59,242 nucleotides of DNA from an uncultured Rickettsiales bacterium (GTDB lineage: Bacteria; Pseudomonadota; Alphaproteobacteria; Rickettsiales; JABCZZ01): contig CAYVTI010000010.1 of NCBI GenBank assembly GCA_964454545.1, positions 1 to 59,242 on the forward strand. The letters are read 5' to 3'. A program made the position numbers and the translations under genes. The notes beneath the pieces are model-generated. The model ran no database searches, was not told the DNA's origin, and was given only the letters and a program-made list of their open reading frames with translations. Each line of letters opens with the position of its first letter. Within the stretch, counting starts at the first letter, position 1. Below, one piece after another: positions 19,544-26,771 of the stretch.

Positions 19544-19847
19544 CCCTGTCTGGCGGGGATGGGTTTTCCTGAATATCTTCGCATGTCTCATCTGCGGGGA
19601 TAATATTCTTTCTAGGCGTATTCCTTACCATCGTTTGTTTTGCACTAACGCCCGCTTCATGAACAACCTGTTGGGACTGGGGAGAAACGTGCGAGATAGT
19701 GCCATCTCCATCCTGCAATCCGTAATCGGATAAGCTGTCCATTGCTACCAGACCGGGGGCAAGTGCGTATCCCCAGCAACTAAAGGCAAGTGATATGCTG
19801 GCGGCAAATACGAGCGGGCCAAGCCCTGCACAGGTGAACTTTTTCAT
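19539..19847 (-). CDS. Hypothetical small exported protein
   Basis: MKKFTCAGLGPLVFAASISLAFSCWGYA looks like a signal peptide. No recognisable family. The longer ORF start at 19904 is less likely. Confidence 0.4.
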   Translation of the reverse strand: MKKFTCAGLGPLVFAASISLAFSCWGYALAPGLVAMDSLSDYGLQDGDGTISHVSPQSQQVVHEAGVSAKQTMVRNTPRKNIIPADETCEDIQENPSPPDRE

Positions 19848-20068
19848 AAAAAACGCCTTTGTTGGCTGACGACCAGCTGGGTTGGAAGGAGAGGCACGCT
19901 TCAAAACAGGAAAATATGCCTGTTCCCAGAGGTAAATAAGAAAACGCGCGGAAGCGATATGTTTATAAGCGGATTACATAAAGTTGTTATAAACATGCCT
20001 CCTTCATCATGGCTGGACAATTTACTGAAAATATATTAACACTTAAAGCATCCTTCACGGGGGAGAAT

Positions 20069-20530
20069 ATGACTGATATACACTTCTATCACCTTACCAG
20101 GACCCCGCTTGAGCAGGCGCTCCCGAAGCTGCTTGAAAAAGCCATACAGGGTGGGTTCAGGAGTGTCGTCCTCATGGAATCGGAGGAAAAGGTCGAATGG
20201 ATGAATAACATACTCTGGACCTATGACCCGAATTCCTTCCTCCCGCACGGCAGCATGAAAGATGGAAACACCGAGTTGCAGCCGGTGTACCTCACGGCAA
20301 AAGAGGAAAATCCCAATAAGGCGAACCTGCTGGTGATAACGGACAGCTCGGAGCTGGATCTGGGCAGGGGCTTCACCCGCGTCATCGATATCTTTGACGG
20401 CAATGACGAAACCTCTATTGCCAAAGCCCGCATGCGCTGGAGCAAATACAAATCCGAAGGCCATGCCCTTGAATACCGCCAGCAGACCGAAAACGGCTCC
20501 TGGGTCAATGGCGCTAAAACCGTTGCATAA
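20069..20530 (+). CDS. holC: DNA polymerase III subunit chi
   Basis: MTDIHFYHLTRTPLEQALPKLLEKA...G.R.VV.....E.VEW.N..LWTYDP.SFLPHG matches the chi family. Confidence 0.8.
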   Translation: MTDIHFYHLTRTPLEQALPKLLEKAIQGGFRSVVLMESEEKVEWMNNILWTYDPNSFLPHGSMKDGNTELQPVYLTAKEENPNKANLLVITDSSELDLGRGFTRVIDIFDGNDETSIAKARMRWSKYKSEGHALEYRQQTENGSWVNGAKTVA

Positions 20531-20560
20531 TCCGTCTGCATAGGATAGAGGGGACGGCCT

Positions 20561-22138
20561 ATGCCAAATCCCGCTGAAACGCGCCGCACATTCGCTATCA
20601 TTTCCCACCCGGACGCCGGTAAAACGACGCTGACCGAAAAGCTGCTCCTGTTCGGGGGCGCGATCCATCTTGCCGGTGCGGTAAAAGCCCGCGGCGCAGC
20701 AAGGCACGCCCGCTCCGACTGGATGGCAATTGAACAGCAGCGCGGCATATCGGTAACCGCCTCGGTCATGACTTTTCAATATGATGGCTGCACAGTGAAC
20801 TTGCTGGACACGCCGGGACATAAGGACTTTTCTGAGGACACCTACCGCACGCTCACTGCTGTAGACTCTGCCGTGATGGTGCTCGATGCCGCCAAGGGTA
20901 TTGAATCGCAGACCCACAAGCTGTTCGAGGTCTGCCGCCTGCGTGACACGCCCATCATCACCTTCATCAATAAGATGGACCGCGAAGCGCAGGAACCTTT
21001 CACGCTGCTTGATGAAATCGAGAAAACCCTCGCGCTCGACGTAACGCCCGTCACCTGGCCCATCGGCATGGGCAAAACCTTCAAAGGCTCTTTTGATCTG
21101 CTGAATGACACGCTGCATATATTCGACGCGGGCAGCGGCGAGAGTATTGCTGAGAGCCTGGAATGCAAAGGCATCAACGATCCCAAGCTTGATGAAATTA
21201 TCCCCGCAGCAGAACTCAGCAAGTTCCGCGAGGAAGTGGAGATGATTCGCGCTGCCTGCAAGCCGTTTGACCGCGAGGCCTATCTCGAAGGCCACCTGAC
21301 TCCGATTTTCTTCGGCAGCGCACTGCATAATTTCGGCGTGCGCGAACTGCTTAATGCCATCTGCAGTATGGCTCCCTCCCCACGCCCGCAAAAGACCGAT
21401 ACGCGTGACGTGCTGCCGGAAGAAAAGAATTTCTCCGGCTTTGTGTTCAAAGTGCAGGCCAACATGGACAAAAACCACCGCGACCGTATCGCCTTCGTGC
21501 GTATCTGTTCTGGCCGCTATAGTCGCGGGATGAAAGTGGAACATGTGCGCACGGAAAAGACCCTGACGCTCAACAATCCGGTATTGTTCCTTGCGCGTGA
21601 ACGTGAACTGGCGGAAGAAGCCTTCCCGGGCGATATTCTCGGTATTCCCAATCACGGCGGGCTTTCCATCGGCGACGCGCTCACCGAAGGCGAGAAGCTG
21701 CATTTCACCGGCATCCCGAGCTTCGCGCCGGAGCTGTTCAAGCGGGCGCGGCTAGATGACCCCATGCGCTCCAAGCAGCTGAAAAAAGCGCTGGAGGAAT
21801 TGTCACAGGAAGGCGCATCGCAGATATTCAAACCGCTCAACGGCAGCAACTGGATTATCGGCGTGGTCGGCGCGCTCCAGTTTGATGTGATCGCCTCACG
21901 CCTTGAAAGCGAATACAAAGTGAAGGGAAGCTTTGAAGAAGTGAGCTACACCACCGCGCGCTGGATAAAATGCGATAACTCCGCAACGCTTAAGCTGTTT
22001 ACCGAAAAGAACCTGCACAGCCTTGCTGAAGACGGCGCAGGCCAGCTGGCCTACCTCGCCCCCAACGACTGGCACCTGGGGCGTATCCAGGAAGACTGGA
22101 AGGATGTGAAGTTCGGCAAGACGAGAGAGAATAGGTAA
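20561..22138 (+). CDS. prfC: Peptide chain release factor 3
   Basis: RRTFAIISHPDAGKTTLTEKLLLFGGAI..AG.VK........SDWM.IE..RGIS and DTPGH.DFSEDTYR are RF3 GTPase motifs. Confidence 0.95.
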   Translation: MPNPAETRRTFAIISHPDAGKTTLTEKLLLFGGAIHLAGAVKARGAARHARSDWMAIEQQRGISVTASVMTFQYDGCTVNLLDTPGHKDFSEDTYRTLTAVDSAVMVLDAAKGIESQTHKLFEVCRLRDTPIITFINKMDREAQEPFTLLDEIEKTLALDVTPVTWPIGMGKTFKGSFDLLNDTLHIFDAGSGESIAESLECKGINDPKLDEIIPAAELSKFREEVEMIRAACKPFDREAYLEGHLTPIFFGSALHNFGVRELLNAICSMAPSPRPQKTDTRDVLPEEKNFSGFVFKVQANMDKNHRDRIAFVRICSGRYSRGMKVEHVRTEKTLTLNNPVLFLARERELAEEAFPGDILGIPNHGGLSIGDALTEGEKLHFTGIPSFAPELFKRARLDDPMRSKQLKKALEELSQEGASQIFKPLNGSNWIIGVVGALQFDVIASRLESEYKVKGSFEEVSYTTARWIKCDNSATLKLFTEKNLHSLAEDGAGQLAYLAPNDWHLGRIQEDWKDVKFGKTRENR

Positions 22139-22158
22139 GTTCCATAATACAGAGTGGA

Positions 22159-22188
22159 CCCTGTGGTCGCGCTGCGCTTACCACAGGG
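22159..22188 (+). terminator. Hairpin after prfC (9-bp stem ccctgtggt/accacaggg, 12-nt loop)
   Basis: Read directly, 20 nt after the prfC stop. There is no clear U-tract. Confidence 0.4.
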
Positions 22189-22305
22189 TGATGAATCCCA
22201 GTAAATTCATGCAAATAGGCAGAATAACAACTAAAAAATTTGACTTTTGCGCCCATATCAGCGATTTAGAGCGTAACGAACCCTAATAGAGACATATTAC
22301 ATCTG

Positions 22306-24855
22306 ATGAATTTAGTCATTGTCGAGTCGCCCGCGAAGGCGAAGACCATAAACAAATATTTAGGTAAGGATTACAACGTTCTGGCGTCATTCGGGCATGT
22401 GCGCGACCTGCCGTCCAAGGACGGCTCCGTGCAGCCTGACCAGGATTTCGCCATGACCTATGAGGTCGATGATGACGCGAAGAAACATATCAGCGCCATC
22501 GCCAAGGCTGCCAAAAATTCCGATAAACTGATACTCGCTACCGACCCCGATCGCGAGGGAGAAGCGATTTCGTGGCACGTACTTGAAGCACTGAAGGAAA
22601 ACAAGGCGCTGCCCAAAAAGATGGAAGTGGAACGCGTTGTTTTCAACGAAATTACCAAGAAGGCAATTCTCGAAGCGATGCAGCATCCGCGCCAGATCGA
22701 CATGAACCTGGTCAACGCCCAGCAGGCGCGCCGGGCGCTGGATTACCTTGTGGGCTTTACCCTGTCGCCGGTATTGTGGCGCAAGCTGCCGGGCAGCAAG
22801 TCCGCCGGGCGCGTGCAGTCCGTGGCGCTCCGCCTCATCTGCGAGCGTGACGAGGAAATCGAAAAATTCGTCTCGCAGGAATACTGGGACATCCGCGCCA
22901 TGATGGCAAACAGCGCCGATGCGGCTTTCAAAGCCCGCCTGTCGCACTGGCATGGCAAAAAGCTTGATAAGTTCGACATCCCCAATGAACCCAAAGCGAA
23001 AGAAATCGTATCGGCACTTGAAGGCAAGAAATACCAGGTTACGAATATCGAGCCCAAGCAGGCGCGCCGCCACCCCTACCCGCCTTTCACCACATCCACC
23101 CTGCAGCAGGACGCATCGCGCAAGCTCGGCTTCAGTACCAAGAAGACCATGCAGCTCGCGCAGAAGCTCTATGAAGGCGTTGAAATCAACGGGGAAACCA
23201 CCGGACTTATCACCTACATGCGTACCGACGGTGTCACCGTATCGCAGGATGCCATTGAAGCCACCCGTAGCCTTATCAGTAAAAAATATGGCGAGAAATA
23301 CATGCCCGCCTCGCCGCGCATCTATAAGGTAAAACAGAAAAACGCGCAGGAAGCGCACGAGGCGATCCGCCCGACGGATGTCGCCCGCACGCCGGATAAA
23401 ATAGGTTCCGCGCTCGACAGCGATATGTTCCGCCTCTACGATCTCATTTGGAAACGCATGATGGCAAGCCAGATGGAAAGCGCGGTGTTCGACCAGATGT
23501 CGGTCGACATCGAGTCGTCTGACAAGCAGGCGCTCTTCCGTGCCACCGGCTCGGTCATGCGTTTTGACGGCTTCCTGACGCTCTATCAGGAAAGTAAGGA
23601 CGAAGATGAGGAAGATGAAGAGTCCCGTGCCCTGCCTCTGCTGAATATGAACGAATTAATTGCGCTGAAGGAAATCCTGCCGGAACAGCATTTCACCGAA
23701 CCGCCGCCACGCTATACCGAAGCAAGCCTGGTGAAGAAACTGGAAGAGCTTGGCATCGGCCGCCCTTCCACCTACGCGAGCATCATTTCGGTGCTGCAGG
23801 AACGTGAATATGTGAAACTGGACAAGAAGCGTTTCATCGCTGAGGCACGTGGCAGAATCGTAAATGCATTTCTGGTGAGTTTCTTCCGCCGTTATGTGGA
23901 ATATGATTTCACCGCCAAGCTTGAAGAGTTGCTCGATGATGTGTCCAATGGGGAAATTGACTGGAAACAGGTGCTGCGCGACTGGTGGGAACAGTTTATC
24001 AAAACAGTAGGCGAAACCAAGAAGCTCTCCAATCCGGAAGTGCTGGAAGCGGTGGACGCCCTGCTTGAGCCTTACATATACCGTAATTTTGCCAAAGGCT
24101 CCGATCCGCGTGCCTGCCCGGCATGCGGCAATGGCAGGCTGGGACTCAAGACCGGAAAATTCGGCGCGTTTCTCGGTTGCTCGAACTACCCCGAATGCAA
24201 CTTCACCAAACAGCTTTCCGCCGACGCGGATAGCGGCGAGAAACTTGCCGGCAACGGCAGCAATGAGCCTCAGAAGCTGGGCATCGATCCGGCAAGCGGC
24301 CTTGAAGTGCTGATGAAGAAAGGTCCGTACGGCATGTATGTGCAGCTTGGCAATGACAAGAAACCCAAGCGCACCAGCCTGCCCAAGAATATCGCGCCTG
24401 AGCAGGTGACGCTGCAGACCGCGCTTGCGCTGCTATCGCTGCCGCGCGAAATCGGCACGCATCCGGAAACCGGAAAAATGATCACCGCAGGCCTGGGCCG
24501 CTTTGGCCCCTATCTCCTGCATGATGGCAAGTACACTTCGCTCAAAGGCGATGACGATGTGCTTATCATCGGCATCAACCGCGCCGTGACGCTGATTGCG
24601 GAAAAGAAAACCTTCGGCAAATCCGCCGTTGCGCCACTCAAAGCTCTGGGCGAACATCCCGACGGCGGGCAGATCGCCATCTATTCCGGGCGCTACGGCA
24701 ATTATGTCAAGCATGGCAAAATAAATGCCACGTTGCCAAAAGACGCGAGTGTTGATAGCTATACGCTCAAGGAAGCGCTTGAGCTTCTTGCCGGAAAGAC
24801 AGGTAGTGGCAAAAAGAAAGCTCCTGCAGCGAAGAAGAAAAAAGCGGCAAAATAG
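22306..24855 (+). CDS. topA: DNA topoisomerase I
   Basis: 849 aa. MNLVIVESPAKAKTINKYLG (Toprim), the active-site region GLITYMRTDG, a C-terminal Cys4 zinc ribbon (CPACGNG...CSNYPEC) and a Lys-rich tail. Confidence 0.97.
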   Translation: MNLVIVESPAKAKTINKYLGKDYNVLASFGHVRDLPSKDGSVQPDQDFAMTYEVDDDAKKHISAIAKAAKNSDKLILATDPDREGEAISWHVLEALKENKALPKKMEVERVVFNEITKKAILEAMQHPRQIDMNLVNAQQARRALDYLVGFTLSPVLWRKLPGSKSAGRVQSVALRLICERDEEIEKFVSQEYWDIRAMMANSADAAFKARLSHWHGKKLDKFDIPNEPKAKEIVSALEGKKYQVTNIEPKQARRHPYPPFTTSTLQQDASRKLGFSTKKTMQLAQKLYEGVEINGETTGLITYMRTDGVTVSQDAIEATRSLISKKYGEKYMPASPRIYKVKQKNAQEAHEAIRPTDVARTPDKIGSALDSDMFRLYDLIWKRMMASQMESAVFDQMSVDIESSDKQALFRATGSVMRFDGFLTLYQESKDEDEEDEESRALPLLNMNELIALKEILPEQHFTEPPPRYTEASLVKKLEELGIGRPSTYASIISVLQEREYVKLDKKRFIAEARGRIVNAFLVSFFRRYVEYDFTAKLEELLDDVSNGEIDWKQVLRDWWEQFIKTVGETKKLSNPEVLEAVDALLEPYIYRNFAKGSDPRACPACGNGRLGLKTGKFGAFLGCSNYPECNFTKQLSADADSGEKLAGNGSNEPQKLGIDPASGLEVLMKKGPYGMYVQLGNDKKPKRTSLPKNIAPEQVTLQTALALLSLPREIGTHPETGKMITAGLGRFGPYLLHDGKYTSLKGDDDVLIIGINRAVTLIAEKKTFGKSAVAPLKALGEHPDGGQIAIYSGRYGNYVKHGKINATLPKDASVDSYTLKEALELLAGKTGSGKKKAPAAKKKKAAK

Positions 24856-24864
24856 AGAGGTTGT

Positions 24865-25164
24865 ATGTTGAAAGCAAAAATTTACCAGCCAGCCCGTAAT
24901 GCCATGCAGTCCGGCGAAGCGAATACGCGTGACTGGAGACTGGAATTCCTGCCCGATGCGCCGCCGTTTGTCGAACCGCTGATGGGCTGGACCGGCATGA
25001 CCGACACCGCCCAGCAGGTGAAACTATTTTTCGAGACGAAGGAAGAAGCCATCGCCTATGCTCAGAAAAAGGGCATCGCGTTTGAGATAGTGGAGGCAAA
25101 GAAAACCAGGATTATAAAACCAAAATCCTACGCAAGTAATTTTGCTTTCAACCGGGTGAGGTGA
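24865..25164 (+). CDS. ETC complex I subunit conserved-region protein (NDUFS4-like)
   Basis: 99 aa. AKIYQPARNAMQSG.....W.LEF.......EPLMGW.......QV.L.F.TKE.AI.YA...GI.F.. matches the bacterial NDUFS4/18-kDa homologues found in alphaproteobacteria. Confidence 0.8.
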   Translation: MLKAKIYQPARNAMQSGEANTRDWRLEFLPDAPPFVEPLMGWTGMTDTAQQVKLFFETKEEAIAYAQKKGIAFEIVEAKKTRIIKPKSYASNFAFNRVR

Positions 25165-25226
25165 TTACCTGCCATTGTCATTGCTGTATAGGTTAAATAA
25201 TTTATACAATCAGGCAGTAAAACAAA

Positions 25227-25679
25227 TTACTGGAAGCCTTCCGTGCCGGGCGTCTGTCCCCTTCCGGCGTTGACTAAACTGCGCCAGTAATTTGAAGATC
25301 TGCCATCTACCGGGCCATCGGGCCTTGACTGCAGTTCCGTCAGATAGGCATTTTCCCGCCGCAGTTGCCTTATTTCCTGATCCTGTGCGGACATCTGTGG
25401 ATCTTTCATCCCAAACAGTTTCTTGACATTGTTTTTGATAGGCTTCCAGAAAATAACGACTCCCGCCACCGTGGCGAGAACAGGAAACTTTTCCATCATC
25501 CAGTGTCCCGCATTTATCGTCCTGCTGGTCTGCCTTGCCGCAGTATCGGCAATTTTTCCAACGACTCCACCCGTGTTCTTGCCTACGCCACCAAAGCCTT
25601 TTAAGACTTCCATCGCGGTATTGGGAACCCTGGCAATCGACTCCCACAATGCCTCAAATCCGGTTTGATTACGCGCCAT
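25227..25679 (-). CDS. Hypothetical membrane protein P4 (Gly-rich N-region, one TM, coiled-coil tail)
   Basis: 150 aa. Contains GFGGVGKNTGGVVGKIADTA, a TM-like segment FPVLATVAGVVIFW and the heptad-like DQEIRQLRRENAYLTELQ. AGGAAGG lies 9 nt upstream of the ATG, inside the end of P3, and the gap to P3 is 6 nt. Confidence 0.6.
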   Translation of the reverse strand: MARNQTGFEALWESIARVPNTAMEVLKGFGGVGKNTGGVVGKIADTAARQTSRTINAGHWMMEKFPVLATVAGVVIFWKPIKNNVKKLFGMKDPQMSAQDQEIRQLRRENAYLTELQSRPDGPVDGRSSNYWRSLVNAGRGQTPGTEGFQ

Positions 25680-25685
25680 TTTAAG

Positions 25686-26180
25686 CTACCTTCCTGCCTC
25701 AACAGCAACTGATGCGGCTTTTTCATTCATATATCTGGTTGTAAATTCCCTTACAGGTTCTTTACCCGCCGCCTGATTTTCCACGACCTGCTCGACATTA
25801 TCCACCTGCCGCTGAAGACCGTTTACCGCCTTTTGTGATTCTACCGTATGATTCAGTTGAACAGCCGCATGTTCCATTTCCCTGTAAGCGCTACTTGAAG
25901 CCATGCGCGATCCGATCTTGCCGCCAATCCATCCTGCGATCAAACCAGTGGCCGCAATCACCGCGCCCACCCCCCAATGCGCTACAGTAAAAGCGGCACC
26001 AAGGCCTGCCACCCCCAACAGCCCCGCGGGAGCAGCCGCAATTAACGCCGCTACGCCTGCTACCGCCACCGCGCCAATGACAAAACCGGCAACGCCACCC
26101 CAGAAGCTGTTCCGTGCGTATTTCTGCTGGGCTTCCACCACATTCTGCTGTGCATTCTTAATTGCTTCACTCATTTCCAT
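25686..26180 (-). CDS. Hypothetical membrane protein P3 (about 65-residue Gly/Ala hydrophobic core flanked by Q/E-rich helices)
   Basis: 164 aa. The core is FWGGVAGFVIGAVAVAGVAALIAAAPAGLLGVAGLGAAFTVAHWGVGAVIAATGLIAGWIGGKIG. Same strand as P2, 30 nt downstream. No obvious Shine-Dalgarno sequence. Confidence 0.55.
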   Translation of the reverse strand: MEMSEAIKNAQQNVVEAQQKYARNSFWGGVAGFVIGAVAVAGVAALIAAAPAGLLGVAGLGAAFTVAHWGVGAVIAATGLIAGWIGGKIGSRMASSSAYREMEHAAVQLNHTVESQKAVNGLQRQVDNVEQVVENQAAGKEPVREFTTRYMNEKAASVAVEAGR

Positions 26181-26210
26181 ATACCGCGTATGTCATTTTT
26201 GCGGAGCGTT

Positions 26211-26663
26211 TCACACCTGCCTGTTAGCGCTGATATTTCTCAATCTTTCCTGCTCTACCGCTTCTGCGTAAGACTTCCTGACCCCTGCATCATTTCCGTA
26301 ATCCGCCCCCCGGTTGATGAGCGACTGGCGCTGGGCAAGCAAAGCTTCCCTTGTCTGTTCATATTGTTGCTGTTGTTCCAGCGCGCTTCTTTCCGTGCCT
26401 CTCCTGGCTTCCTTCGCCGCACGCCATGTTCCCCCTATGAAGGAAAAGAGCGGAGCGGCAAACATGAAGCCAAAAATTCCTCCCCCGATAATACCAGCTG
26501 CACATAATCCGGCCGCCAGCAACCCGCCGCCAAGCAATAACCCCGCAACAAGCCCGCCAATACCGGCAACGGCTGCACAGCCACCAATTGCCAGTGCCGC
26601 TCCTTTCAGAGCCCCTATAAAGCCGCCGGATACTGTTTTTACCGCTGTTTCACCTGCACTCAT
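26211..26663 (-). CDS. Hypothetical membrane protein P2 (about 65-residue Gly-zipper hydrophobic core, Q/R-rich helical tail)
   Basis: 150 aa. The core is GGFIGALKGAALAIGGCAAVAGIGGLVAGLLLGGGLLAAGLCAAGIIGGGIFGFMFAAPLFSFIGG, and the tail contains EQQQQYEQTREALLAQRQSL. GGAAGGA lies about 8 nt upstream of the ATG. The plus-strand alternatives are Pro/Ala-rich shadow frames. Confidence 0.6.
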   Translation of the reverse strand: MSAGETAVKTVSGGFIGALKGAALAIGGCAAVAGIGGLVAGLLLGGGLLAAGLCAAGIIGGGIFGFMFAAPLFSFIGGTWRAAKEARRGTERSALEQQQQYEQTREALLAQRQSLINRGADYGNDAGVRKSYAEAVEQERLRNISANRQV

Positions 26664-26771
26664 TATCGCGTTCCTTCCAAAAGGATAACACTCTCACTTT
26701 TAATTTATTCTACCACTTTATTGCTGCGTAACAAATGAACCTTTTATGACAAATTCTCTTAAGCCCTTGTA

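Noticed and set aside
20036-21703. 555-aa ORF on the minus strand
   Set aside because: It spans the holC-prfC intergenic gap and runs antisense to both conserved genes. It has no recognisable motif and is a shadow ORF.
22387-23358. 323-aa ORF antisense to topA, with similar cases at 13446-14264, 14847-15548, 18427-19257, 29952-30656, 42814-43452, 43238-43870, 44672-45511, 45824-46648, 47989-48711, 48913-49602, 49918-50559, 52823-53467 and 56915-57535
   Set aside because: Each overlaps a gene with clear family motifs on the other strand and has Arg/His/Ala/Gly-biased, motif-free translations. I treat all of them as non-coding shadow frames.
25227-26663. P2-P4 as phasins (because of the adjacent phaAB) or magnetosome MamG/Mms6-like proteins (Gly/Leu-rich)
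   Set aside because: Phasins lack long Gly/Ala transmembrane cores. No other magnetosome genes are present and the LG-repeat signature is absent. A separately terminated gene also lies between the operon and phaAB.
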